A stretch of 64,000 bases of DNA from contig CAJMOX010000009.1 of NCBI GenBank assembly GCA_905215135.1, forward strand, positions 16,768-80,767, in the 5' to 3' direction. Every line of letters starts with the position of its first letter. Position 1 is the first letter of the stretch. The DNA is from an uncultured bacterium. GTDB lineage: Bacteria; Actinomycetota; Coriobacteriia; Coriobacteriales; Coriobacteriaceae. A model generated the notes under the pieces. It worked only from the letters and a program-made list of their open reading frames with translations, was not told where the DNA came from and did not search any database. Both the position numbers and the translations under genes were made by a program. Shown in pieces: positions 35,577-44,701 of this stretch.

Positions 35577-37383
35577 GTGCCTCGCCTCCTTCCTGGGTCT
35601 GAGCTTGCGTTGCGGATGCCTCGGTGTCGGCCTCGACGGCCCCTTCGCCCTCGGCAGACATCTTGTTTTGCGAGGTAAAGGTCTCGCGGTAGATCTCGCT
35701 CGTCTTGAGTAGCTCGTCATGGTTGCCGATCTGCGCGATACGGCCGCCCTCCATGACGATGATGCGGTCTGCGTCCTGCACGGAGCTGATGCGCTGGGCG
35801 ATGATGAGCTTGGTCGTGTTGGGCAGATAGCTTGCCAGCCCTGCGCGGATCTTGGCGTCGGTCTTGGTGTCGACGGCGCTGGTGGAGTCGTCCAGGATCA
35901 AGATCTTGGGGCGACGCAGCAGGGCGCGTGCAATGCACAGGCGCTGCTTCTGACCGCCCGAAACATTAGAGCCGCCCTGTTCGATCCAGGTGTCGTAGCC
36001 CTTGGGGAAACCGTCGACAAACTCGTCGGCGCAGGCCAGATGCGCTGCCTCGCGGACTTCCTCGTCGGTGGCGTTCGGGTCGCCCCAACGCAGGTTCTCG
36101 GCGATGGTGCCGCTAAACAGCACGTTTTTCTGCAGCACCATGGCGACCTGGTGACGCAGCGCGTCCAGGTCGTAGTCGCGCACGTCCACGCCGCCCACGC
36201 GCACAGCGCCTTCGGTGGTGTCGTACAGGCGGGCGATGAGGTTAACGAGCGTGGACTTGGCCGAGCCGGTGCCGCCGATGATGCCGATGGTCTCGCCGCT
36301 CGTAATGTGCAGGTCGATATCGTCGAGCGCCTGGCGCTTCGCATGCTTGGAATACTTAAAGCTCACGTGGTCAAAGTCGATGGAACCGTCGGCAACCTCG
36401 AGTACGGGCTCGGTCGGATCGGCGATCGTGGGCTCGGCGGCCAGCACCTCGGCAATGCGGTGTGCCGATTCGTCGGCCATGGTCACCATGACAAAGATCA
36501 TCGACAGCTGCATCAGGCTCATGAGAATCTGGAAACCATAGGTAAAGGTCGAGGAGAGCTGGCCCACGTCGAACAGCGTACCCTGGCTCGTGATGATGAG
36601 CTTGGAGCCCAGGTAGATGATGACGACAAACGGGCCGTTGACGCAGATGTTCATCATGGGGTTGTTAAAGGCGAGCAGCTTCTCGGCGCGGGTGAAGTCC
36701 ATCTGGACGTCGCGCGCGGCGGTCGCGAACTTCTCCTTCTCAAAGTCTTCGCGCACATAGCTCTTGACCACGCGCATGCCGGTGACGTTTTCCTCGACGG
36801 ACTCGTTAAGGGCATCGTACTTGTGGAACACGCGCGAGAAGATGGGGCGCACCTTAAAGATGATAAAGAACAGTCCAAAGCCCAACAGCGGAATGATGAC
36901 CAGGTAGACCATGGCGACGTTGCCGCCCATGATAAACGCCATGGTAAAGGCGAAGATCAATACCAGCGGCGCGCGCACGGCGATACGGATGATCATCATA
37001 AAGGCCTGCTGCACGTTGTTGATATCGGTGGTCAGGCGCGTGACGAGCGATGAGCTCGAGAACTCATCGATGTTGGAAAAGCTGAACGTCTGGATTTTGT
37101 AGAACAGGTCGTGACGCAGGTTCTTGGCGAAGCCGCAGCTCGCATGGCTGCAGGTGATGCCTGCCGCGGCGCCAAAAGCAAGCGATGTCAGCGCGATGAG
37201 CACCAAAAGGCCCGCGATGGGAAGCATCTCGGCTACGGTGGCGCCGTCTTTGATGGCGTCGATCAGGTTGGCGGTGATAAATGGAATCAGCATCTCGCAG
37301 AGCACCTCGCCAAGCACGAGCAACGGCGTGGCAACGGTGACTTTCATATAGTCGCGGATGCTGCCCATGAGGGTTTTAATCAT
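35569..37383 (-). CDS. ABC exporter, fused permease/ATPase (degenerate-site subunit)
   Basis: GGTGSAKS, VSGGQKQR, ILDDSTSA, IAQR (degenerate Walker B and H-switch typical of heterodimeric exporters). Confidence 0.93.
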   Translation of the reverse strand: MIKTLMGSIRDYMKVTVATPLLVLGEVLCEMLIPFITANLIDAIKDGATVAEMLPIAGLLVLIALTSLAFGAAAGITCSHASCGFAKNLRHDLFYKIQTFSFSNIDEFSSSSLVTRLTTDINNVQQAFMMIIRIAVRAPLVLIFAFTMAFIMGGNVAMVYLVIIPLLGFGLFFIIFKVRPIFSRVFHKYDALNESVEENVTGMRVVKSYVREDFEKEKFATAARDVQMDFTRAEKLLAFNNPMMNICVNGPFVVIIYLGSKLIITSQGTLFDVGQLSSTFTYGFQILMSLMQLSMIFVMVTMADESAHRIAEVLAAEPTIADPTEPVLEVADGSIDFDHVSFKYSKHAKRQALDDIDLHITSGETIGIIGGTGSAKSTLVNLIARLYDTTEGAVRVGGVDVRDYDLDALRHQVAMVLQKNVLFSGTIAENLRWGDPNATDEEVREAAHLACADEFVDGFPKGYDTWIEQGGSNVSGGQKQRLCIARALLRRPKILILDDSTSAVDTKTDAKIRAGLASYLPNTTKLIIAQRISSVQDADRIIVMEGGRIAQIGNHDELLKTSEIYRETFTSQNKMSAEGEGAVEADTEASATQAQTQEGGEAHE

Positions 37384-37879
37384 CCAGTTCCTCCCAGGTT
37401 ACACGGATTTTCTCGAGCATTTCGGCGAGCCGCTCGCGCTCGTCGTGGGTGAGGGCACTAAAGGCTTGCTCTCTAAAGCGAATGCGGGCTGCCTGGTCGA
37501 TGCGGGCGTTTTCCCGGCCGGTTTCGGTCAGGCGAATGGTGAGCTGCCGTCGATCCTTGGGGTTACGGCTGCGCTCGATGAGGCCGTTGAGCTCGAGCTT
37601 GGACAGGATCTCGGAAAGCGATCCCGGCTTGAGGTCAAAGTGCATGCCGAGCTCCTGCTGCGACATCTCGCCGCCGGGTTGCTTGGCCAGCAGGCAGATG
37701 ATGGGCGCCTTGCCGGACACGCCTCCGCCATGAAAATGCATGTAATGGCCGCAAAAGCCCAGGCCGCTCAGGATGCGCTTGGCGAGTTTGTCTTCGGCGC
37801 TGACCGCTTCGGGTATGTCTACCGGTTGCGACGGGTCACCGCCGGGCTCATGCGGAAGGACGAGTGGTTCAACACACAT
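37376..37879 (-). CDS. MarR family transcriptional regulator
   Basis: MSQQELG, LSEILSKLE..GLIER...DRR....LTETG; overlaps the ABC gene start. Confidence 0.9.
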   Translation of the reverse strand: MCVEPLVLPHEPGGDPSQPVDIPEAVSAEDKLAKRILSGLGFCGHYMHFHGGGVSGKAPIICLLAKQPGGEMSQQELGMHFDLKPGSLSEILSKLELNGLIERSRNPKDRRQLTIRLTETGRENARIDQAARIRFREQAFSALTHDERERLAEMLEKIRVTWEELDD

Positions 37880-37900
37880 ATCTAAGCTTCGCTCCTTTCT

Positions 37901-37963
37901 TTAGTTAGGTAGTGCAATTGTTTTGTGCCTAACTAATCTAGGAGCACGGTAAATAAATGTCAA
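37901..37963 (-). promoter_or_regulatory. sigma70-type promoter with overlapping MarR operator candidate
   Basis: Minus strand TTGACA (37963-37958)-17 bp-TAGATT (37940-37935); inverted repeat ttagttagg(37901)...cctaactaa(37936). Confidence 0.7.
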
Positions 37964-37979
37964 GGTACCAAACTTTATA

Positions 37980-38124
37980 GTTACGGCGTTTTGCCAAACG
38001 CCGTAACCGCTCGACGCTGCAAGCGTTCCTAAGCGGCAATCTGACGTTCAATCGTCGGGCATGGCCACAAGGCCTATGCCCTCCTCTTTCACGTCACCTT
38101 GCTCGCTTAGGAACGCTTTCGCTG
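37980..38124. repeat. Structured 145-bp dispersed element, copy A
   Basis: Ungapped 120/145 match (manual count) to 49520-49664, with compensatory changes in the stems. Confidence 0.9.
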
Positions 38125-38325
38125 TCCGTCCTCAACCCGTGATTCCGCCACGGTCCGCTTCGGTGCATGTGATCCTTTGGGGACGGAGGAAAAGGGATCA
38201 TTTTCCGAAACCTTTCCGCAACAATTTGCCCTTCGTGCCGCTCGACTCCGCTCGCAACGTCCCCTGCGCTACACTTAGTCGCACTGTGGCGCTGCCGCGC
38301 CGCGCCCGACCCAAGGGGGACACTC

Positions 38326-39150
38326 ATGAAGAACACTCAGCTGCTGCTGATCAACGATATGTGCGGCTACGGCAAGGTCGCGCTCTCGGCCATGCTGCCG
38401 GTACTGTCGCACATGGGCTATCGCATCCACAACCTGCCGACGGCGCTCGTTTCCGATACGCTCAACTATCCCAAGTTCTACATTCACGACACCACGGAGT
38501 ACGTGCGCCAGAGCCTCGCTATCTGGGAGGAGCTCGGCTTTGAATTTGATGCTATCTCGACCGGCTTTATCGTGACCGAGGAGGAGACGCGCATCATCTC
38601 GGACTTTTGCCACCGCCGCGCTCAAAAGGGCACCAGGGTGTTCGTCGATCCCATCATGGGCGATAACGGCAAGCTCTATGCCGGCGTGCCCGAGTCGACC
38701 ATCGGACTCATGCGCAGCTTGGTCGAGTGCGCCGACTACGCGGTGCCCAACTACACCGAGGCCTGTCTGCTCACCGATGCGCCTATTGCAGAGCAGATCA
38801 CGCCCGATGAGGCCCGCGCCCTTGTGGACGCCGTGCGCGAGCTGGGTGCCAAGTCGGTAGTCATTACGAGCGCCGTGGTCAATGGCACGAACGCGGTTAT
38901 CGGTTACGACCATGTGGCGGGGGAGTACTTCACGATTCCATTTGAGCTCATTCCGGTCTATTTCCCGGGCACGGGCGACACGTTTTCGGCGGTGCTCGTC
39001 GGCCGCGTTATGGCAGGTTGGAGTCTGCAGCGCGCGACGTCCGATGCCATGCGTGTGGTGGCTGAGCTTATCGAGCGCAATGCCGACCAAGAGGACAAGT
39101 CGGCCGGCCTTCCCATCGAGGCCTGCCTGGATGTGATTGACCATGAGTAA
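38326..39150 (+). CDS. Pyridoxal/pyridoxamine kinase (PfkB superfamily)
   Basis: GYGKVAL, LPTALVS, VDPIMGDNGKLY, PNYTEA, GTGDTF. Confidence 0.88.
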   Translation: MKNTQLLLINDMCGYGKVALSAMLPVLSHMGYRIHNLPTALVSDTLNYPKFYIHDTTEYVRQSLAIWEELGFEFDAISTGFIVTEEETRIISDFCHRRAQKGTRVFVDPIMGDNGKLYAGVPESTIGLMRSLVECADYAVPNYTEACLLTDAPIAEQITPDEARALVDAVRELGAKSVVITSAVVNGTNAVIGYDHVAGEYFTIPFELIPVYFPGTGDTFSAVLVGRVMAGWSLQRATSDAMRVVAELIERNADQEDKSAGLPIEACLDVIDHE

Positions 39151-39472
39151 TGCTGGTGAGGGCGGCGTCAAGCCTGCGGGCGAGAACAGACCGCTCGGCG
39201 CGCCGCGTGGCAAGCGTCCGCGTATCCGCGTGAGCTGCGTGGACCAGCTGGGGACGTGCCGCTGCCATCACGGGCACAAGCCGGGCGATGTCTTTGACTT
39301 TGATCGAGACCGCGGCAAGATGTGCGCCATGGCCTGCCACGTGGGCTTTCCCTATATCGATATCCTGCGCTATGGCGGAACCGTGCCCGGCAACGAGCCC
39401 GGTACGGCAAAGTTCTGCTGCCCCGAGGTCGATACGTTGAACGTTTGGCTTGCCGAGATCGTCGACGAGTAG
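39143..39472 (+). CDS. Small Cys-rich protein (TIGR04076-like)
   Basis: C.HGHKPGDVF...MCAMA...FCCP pattern; overlaps the kinase stop. Confidence 0.7.
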   Translation: MSNAGEGGVKPAGENRPLGAPRGKRPRIRVSCVDQLGTCRCHHGHKPGDVFDFDRDRGKMCAMACHVGFPYIDILRYGGTVPGNEPGTAKFCCPEVDTLNVWLAEIVDE

Positions 39473-39474
39473 TT

Positions 39475-39553
39475 GAGCGTGGATTATCTCCCGCCGAGAA
39501 AATCCACGCTCGATTTATATGCGGGAGAAAAACCACGCTCGATTTGTATATGG
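39475..39553. repeat. Two tandem 29-bp units plus one inverted partial copy
   Basis: gagaaaatccacgctcgatttatatgcgg / gagaaaaaccacgctcgatttgtatatgg (25/29); gagcgtggattatctc at 39475. Confidence 0.75.
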
Positions 39554-39672
39554 GAATTCCGACTTCGCTTATGCCTACGCTTAGGCGTTGTCGTCGTTGT
39601 TCTGTGCGCGAGTAAGGTCAAATTTCTGCATTTCATCCGATTTGTGGCTCTAAAAACTCTGCATTTCATCGA

Positions 39673-40119
39673 TTACAGCTGCTCGAGCATAGCAGTGCAA
39701 CCGTCGAGCACGTCGCGGTAGGTGGCATCGAAGTTGCCGGTGTACCAGGGATCGGCCACGTCGCCGGGGCGCTCGGTCCAATCGAGCAAGCGCGTAATCT
39801 TGTCGTCGGGGTCGTCGCCAAAGATGCGACGCAGGCCGCGCGCGTTCTCAGCATCCATATAGACAATGTGATCCCAGTCGCCATACTCCGCGCGACGCAC
39901 CTGGCGCGCGCGGTGGGCAACGACGGGAATCCCGACCTCGCGCAGCTTGGCAACAGTGCCATGATGCGGCGGGTTGCCAATCTCCTCGGTCGACGTCGCA
40001 GCGGAATCAATGGCAAACTCGCCCTCGCGCCCAGCGCGGCGCACGAGCTCGGTAAGCACTGACTCAGCCATCGTCGAGCGGCAGATGTTCCCATGGCAGA
40101 TAAACAGTACACGTTGCAT
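39673..40119 (-). CDS. Low-molecular-weight protein tyrosine phosphatase
   Basis: CHGNICRS P-loop, DSAA, DPWY. Confidence 0.93.
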   Translation of the reverse strand: MQRVLFICHGNICRSTMAESVLTELVRRAGREGEFAIDSAATSTEEIGNPPHHGTVAKLREVGIPVVAHRARQVRRAEYGDWDHIVYMDAENARGLRRIFGDDPDDKITRLLDWTERPGDVADPWYTGNFDATYRDVLDGCTAMLEQL

Positions 40120-40170
40120 ATGCGGTTTCCTTTCGATCGCCATCATCGAGCTCGAGTATCGCATCTGCGC

Positions 40171-41406
40171 TTACGCCCTCGCCCGCTTGCGCTCCCAGCG
40201 AGCCAGCTTAATCGTCACCAGCGTAAGCGCCCAGGCCACAAGCGAGAACGCGGCACCAACCGCGCCAACGTAGGCAATGCCAACGCTGCTCACCACGGCG
40301 CCGCCCACTGCGGTGCCAAACGAAATGCCGACGTTAAACGCCATGGGTTCTACCGAGCTCGCGAGTACCATCGATTTGGGATGGCGGCTGCGTGCCACGT
40401 CCATAAAGTGTGTGATGCACGAGACTGAGAACAGGTACATGAGCAGCGCCAAGCTAAAGACAAAGACCAGCGCGAGCGGCATGGTGCCGCCCACGGCAAA
40501 CAGCCCGAGCAACGCCGCAGCCTGCAGCACAAACGTCACAAGCAGTGCCTTCATGCCAAAACGTGCGTCGATCCATCCGCCCAGGATGTTCGAGATCAGG
40601 CAGAACACGCCGTAGGCCATAAGCGTGGTGCTCGCCTGAACAGTGCCCATGCCCAGCACCTGCTCAAGATAAGGCGTCACGTAGCCGTAGAACACATAGA
40701 CCGATCCCACGCCAAACAAAAAGATGAGCATGCCGGTGATGATGCTCGGTTCGCGTAGCAGACCCGCCTGCTCGCGGAAGGTAGCGGGTTCGTCGGTCTG
40801 TCCGGCGCGCGGCATAAACGCCACGAGCGCTCCGCAGATCAAAACGGCAAAGGTCAGCGTACCGTACATGGCCACGTGCCAGTCGAGCGTGTCGGCCACA
40901 AACTTGCCAATCGAGGTCACAAAGACCATCGCCACGGAAAACGCGCCGTACACGACCGAGATGGCAAGCGAAGTTTGCTGCGGGGACAGCAGCTCGGGGA
41001 TGTACGTCACGCCCACGGCGAGCAGTGCGCCCGAGACGGATCCCAGGACAATGCGCGAGATAAACAGTACCTGGAAGTTGGGCGCCAACGCCATGACCAG
41101 ATTGCCGAGCACAAAGATAATGCTGTAGCACACGAGCAGCTGGTAACGACGGAAGCGCCCCGTGCTGAGCGCAAGCACCGGCGTCGCGATGGCGTAGACC
41201 AGTGCAAAAACGCTGATGAGCTGGCCCGCAGCGGCAAGCGATATGCCGAGTTCCGTCGCCAAGTCACTTTCGATGCCGATGACCACGAACTCGGAGCAGC
41301 CGAGCGAGAATCCCAGCAGCACGAGCAGCGCCAGGCAGAGCCTGGTGCGCGCGGGGGAGAGCGCGGCGGCGGTTGACTTACTTTTAGGCGTGGTTGCGGC
41401 GATCAA
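40171..41406 (-). CDS. MFS efflux transporter (AraJ/DHA1-like)
   Basis: GCSEFVVIG, AGQLISVFALVYAI, FNVGISFG; start uncertain (TTG after GGAG). Confidence 0.88.
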   Translation of the reverse strand: MIAATTPKSKSTAAALSPARTRLCLALLVLLGFSLGCSEFVVIGIESDLATELGISLAAAGQLISVFALVYAIATPVLALSTGRFRRYQLLVCYSIIFVLGNLVMALAPNFQVLFISRIVLGSVSGALLAVGVTYIPELLSPQQTSLAISVVYGAFSVAMVFVTSIGKFVADTLDWHVAMYGTLTFAVLICGALVAFMPRAGQTDEPATFREQAGLLREPSIITGMLIFLFGVGSVYVFYGYVTPYLEQVLGMGTVQASTTLMAYGVFCLISNILGGWIDARFGMKALLVTFVLQAAALLGLFAVGGTMPLALVFVFSLALLMYLFSVSCITHFMDVARSRHPKSMVLASSVEPMAFNVGISFGTAVGGAVVSSVGIAYVGAVGAAFSLVAWALTLVTIKLARWERKRARA

Positions 41407-41462
41407 GGTTGTCACTCCAATGTCGCATGAATAAGCGGGATTCAATCCCTGCAACTCTAACA

Positions 41463-41496
41463 GAATGTGACAAAGGGGCAGCTCCTTTGTCACATT
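41463..41496. repeat. REP-like palindrome
   Basis: gaatgtgacaaaggggcagctcctttgtcacatt. Confidence 0.75.
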
Positions 41497-41520
41497 GCGC
41501 TGCCAGCCAGTCGTCCAAAC

Positions 41521-41577
41521 CGTCACAACATTCGATGAAAATCTCGAAAACGAGGAAAAGCGTCGAATGTTGTGACG
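41521..41577. repeat. 15-bp perfect inverted repeat
   Basis: cgtcacaacattcga ... tcgaatgttgtgacg. Confidence 0.7.
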
Positions 41578-41666
41578 CTTTTCCTGTCTGTGCCGGCGAG
41601 CTCCCGTGTCATCTGGGGGTATAAGGCTAGCAAGTGTTTATTTGCGAGGCCAAGGGGGCGCCCCGT

Positions 41667-42536
41667 ATGGATATCGATAACTTTGAATGGTGGTATAGCG
41701 AGGGCGAGGCTCCGGACGAGGAGTGGGACGAGCCCGCGCCGCGTGACGTGTCGAGCGACGAGGACGAGACCGGCAGCGATGCTGCTGTCGAGCCTGACGC
41801 CGCCTCCGATGCCGCCGAGCCTCTGACCTTTGAGCAGGCTTGGGCCCAGGCTGAGGCCGACGAGGCAAAGGCCGATGCCACGGCCACACTGGGTGAGCCA
41901 GCCGACATGTCCATCTCGCCGGCAAAGACCCCGCAGCCGCGTCACACTATCGATCCCGACAGCACGGCATCCTTCAGCATTCTCGACGTGCCCTCGCAGG
42001 GTGCCCAGGCGCCTGCGCCCACGCATCGCCCCGATCTGGCTCGCGAGGAAGATGCGGGACGTCGCTCTCCGCTTGGCCCCATCCTTATCGCCTTTATGGC
42101 CGGCGTTATCGCATGCTCGGTAATTGGAAACGTCTGGAGCCATGTTGAACAACAGCGCAAAGACGCCGCCAAGGTCGAGATGTCTGTCGAGCAATCGCTC
42201 AGCCGCACGCGCTCGGTGCATGTATCGGTCGAGGTCAAGGACGGCGCGACGTGGGACACCGCGCGCGGCGACAGCCAGATGCTCGTCCATATCGTGGGTC
42301 GCACGCTCAAGGGGCAAGCGATCGACGAGTACCAATACGTCAATTCCGAAGGTGACGGCATCGAGCTCAAGCCCGGCGACTACGAGCTCACGGTCGATGA
42401 GCCGCCCGTCGCCACCGACGGCACACGTTACCGTGCCTCAAAGCGCATGGTTCCGGTGAGTTTTAATTCACAGGCGCCCGATACGGTCGATAGCACGCCG
42501 CAGGGCGGGTTTGACCTTTACGCTATTGCTCAATAA
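41667..42536 (+). CDS. Hypothetical bitopic membrane protein (acidic N-terminus, one TM, beta-rich C-terminal domain)
   Basis: D/E-rich first ~90 aa, TM ILIAFMAGVIACSVIG, LKPGDYELTV. Confidence 0.75.
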   Translation: MDIDNFEWWYSEGEAPDEEWDEPAPRDVSSDEDETGSDAAVEPDAASDAAEPLTFEQAWAQAEADEAKADATATLGEPADMSISPAKTPQPRHTIDPDSTASFSILDVPSQGAQAPAPTHRPDLAREEDAGRRSPLGPILIAFMAGVIACSVIGNVWSHVEQQRKDAAKVEMSVEQSLSRTRSVHVSVEVKDGATWDTARGDSQMLVHIVGRTLKGQAIDEYQYVNSEGDGIELKPGDYELTVDEPPVATDGTRYRASKRMVPVSFNSQAPDTVDSTPQGGFDLYAIAQ

Positions 42537-42615
42537 CTGCACCTGTCGCTCAACCCCGCCGCCAAGAGTGGGACAATAGCCCTCGACACCGTTGTTGACT
42601 ATTGGAGGAAGTAGC

Positions 42616-43509
42616 ATGTCCACCGTCACTGCCATCAAGCGCGGCGGCCTCACCGCGGCCATCGATTCCATGGGCGCCCAGCTCACGAGCCTTGCCCTCA
42701 ACGGCAACGAGTATCTGTGGCAGGGCGACCCGGCCTTTTGGGGCAAGCATGCGCCTATCCTGTTCCCCATCGTGGGATCGCTGCGCAACAACATGGCGAC
42801 ATCTGCGGCCGGCACCTGCGAGATGCCGCGCCACGGACTCGCTCGCATCGTCGAGCACAAGTTGGTCGAGGTTTCGGAGGACGGCTCCTCGGTAACGTAC
42901 GAGATCACTGACACGCCCGAGTCGCTCAAGGCGTTCCCGTTCCACTTTAAGCTCAACATGACCTATGCCCTGACCGGCGACGCCACGCTCACGCAGACCT
43001 TTGCCGTCACCAACACCGGCGACGTGGCCCTGCCGTTCTCGGTGGGCGGTCATCCTGCATTCAACGTGCCCGCCCCCGGTGCCGAAGACGAGGCGTTCGA
43101 GGATTACGAGCTGGCGTTTACCGAGGCTTGGACTAACGAGGCCCCCATCATCACGCCCGACGGTCTTATGACGTTCGAGGGCAGCTACAAGGCTCCCGAT
43201 AACTCGGACGTGCTGCCCATCACGCACCGCAGCTTCGATAACGACGCCATCATGTTCACCGATGCCCCGGGTTCCACGCTCACGTTGCGCGGCCGCAAGT
43301 CGGGCCACGGCGTCAAGATCGACTTTGAGGGCTTTAAGTACATCGGCGTGTGGTCTGCCGCCAACGACGCCCCGTTTGTGGCGCTCGAGCCCTGGACCGG
43401 CCACACCACCATGGACACCGAGGACGACGTCTTTGAGCACAAGGTCAACACCATTACCTTGGCACCGGGTGAGACGGACGTTCGCAGCTTTAGCGTTACC
43501 CTGCTCTAG
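42616..43509 (+). CDS. Aldose 1-epimerase family protein (LacX-like)
   Basis: EYLWQGDPAFW, PILFPIVG, RHG, GGHPAF, FVALEPW. Confidence 0.9.
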   Translation: MSTVTAIKRGGLTAAIDSMGAQLTSLALNGNEYLWQGDPAFWGKHAPILFPIVGSLRNNMATSAAGTCEMPRHGLARIVEHKLVEVSEDGSSVTYEITDTPESLKAFPFHFKLNMTYALTGDATLTQTFAVTNTGDVALPFSVGGHPAFNVPAPGAEDEAFEDYELAFTEAWTNEAPIITPDGLMTFEGSYKAPDNSDVLPITHRSFDNDAIMFTDAPGSTLTLRGRKSGHGVKIDFEGFKYIGVWSAANDAPFVALEPWTGHTTMDTEDDVFEHKVNTITLAPGETDVRSFSVTLL

Positions 43510-43571
43510 AGGTTCCGCCGTTCTAACGAACGACGGACCGGTCGACGCTGCGCGCCACCCAGAGCGACAAT

Positions 43572-43630
43572 TTGGCATGAAAAAGGCAAGGCATGACCAG
43601 AAGGTCTATGCCTTGCCTTTTTCATGCCAA
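43572..43630. repeat. Near-perfect 27-bp-arm hairpin
   Basis: ttggcatgaaaaaggcaaggcatgacc-agaa-ggtctatgccttgcctttttcatgccaa. Confidence 0.8.
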
Positions 43631-43765
43631 GTGGTACATGGGGACAGGTTACTTTGTGCCAATCGTCCTCGTGTGTCTATTAATTTTTCGCGCACATGCC
43701 GCGCTGCTGGTTGTTGACGTATATCCTGTCTTATTGTCAGCAAAACGACATAGGGAAGGCATCAG

Positions 43766-44692
43766 ATGCAACCTCGACTACAGCGCGACGCGCAGGCCCA
43801 GCCGGTGTGCAGTCGTCGCATCTTCTTGGGTAGCGCCCTCGCTGCGAGCGCAACCGTTGTCGCCGGCGCGCTTGCCGGCTGCCAGCGTCCGTCCACACTC
43901 AAGGTGGTCCAGCCCACGACGGGCGGCGGTCGCGATGACCTGTCCGATTCCGTTATCGGCAAGGATAAGATCCGCATCGGCATGGAGGCGGCCTACGCCC
44001 CGTACAACTGGCAGGTTTCCGAGGCCAGCGAGTTCACGATCCCCATCGACAACGTGCAGGGCGCCTATGCCGATGGCTACGACGTGCAGATCGCCAAGAT
44101 CGTCTGCAAGGCTCTCGGCGGCGAGCCCGTTGCCGTCAAGCAGAGCTTCTCGGGCCTTATCGACTCGCTCAACAACGGCCAGATTGACCTCATCATCGCC
44201 GGCATGAGCGCCACGCCCGAGCGCGAGGAGTCCGTCGGCTTTTCCGACCCGTACTTCATTGGCTACTTTGGCCTGTTCGTAAAAGAGGGCTCGCCCTACC
44301 AAAACGCCACCAAGCTCAGCGACTTCAGCGGTGCCACGGTGCTCGGCCAAAAGGACACCATGCTCGATACCGTCATCGACGAGATTCCGGGCGTTGTGCA
44401 CAAGAACCCGGTCGATTCGGTCCCCACGGTGTTCTCGAATCTGCTGCAGGGCACGTGCGACGCCGTGACCTACAACACGGAGAACGAAAAGGGCTATATG
44501 GCCCAAAATCCCGGTATCGTCCCCATCCACTTTGCCGAGGGCGAGGGCTTTAAGCAGGAGGTCACGGCAAATGTCGGTTGCCGCAAGGGCTCGGACAAAC
44601 TGCTTAAGCTCATCGACAAGACACTCAAGGGCATTAGCCAAGAGGAGCGCGACCAAATGTGGGACGCGTGCCTCGCCCGTCAGCCGGCATAG
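43766..44692 (+). CDS. Polar amino acid ABC transporter substrate-binding lipoprotein
   Basis: SRRIFL twin-arginine-like motif, LAGC lipobox, GMEAAYAPYNW, GYDVQIA, AGMSATPER. Confidence 0.92.
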   Translation: MQPRLQRDAQAQPVCSRRIFLGSALAASATVVAGALAGCQRPSTLKVVQPTTGGGRDDLSDSVIGKDKIRIGMEAAYAPYNWQVSEASEFTIPIDNVQGAYADGYDVQIAKIVCKALGGEPVAVKQSFSGLIDSLNNGQIDLIIAGMSATPEREESVGFSDPYFIGYFGLFVKEGSPYQNATKLSDFSGATVLGQKDTMLDTVIDEIPGVVHKNPVDSVPTVFSNLLQGTCDAVTYNTENEKGYMAQNPGIVPIHFAEGEGFKQEVTANVGCRKGSDKLLKLIDKTLKGISQEERDQMWDACLARQPA

Positions 44693-44701
44693 GGAGGCAG
44701 C

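Noticed and set aside
35569..37383. Degenerate Walker B (DD) and H-switch (Q) as a sign of pseudogenisation
   Set aside because: Normal feature of heterodimeric ABC exporters with one degenerate site.
37980..38124. tRNA, hammerhead ribozyme or B6-related riboswitch for the structured element
   Set aside because: No cloverleaf or T-loop, no CUGAnGA/GAAA core, and the second copy lies in an unrelated context downstream of prfA.
39475..39553. Possible mini-CRISPR array
   Set aside because: Only two tandem 29-bp units with no unique spacers and no cas genes.
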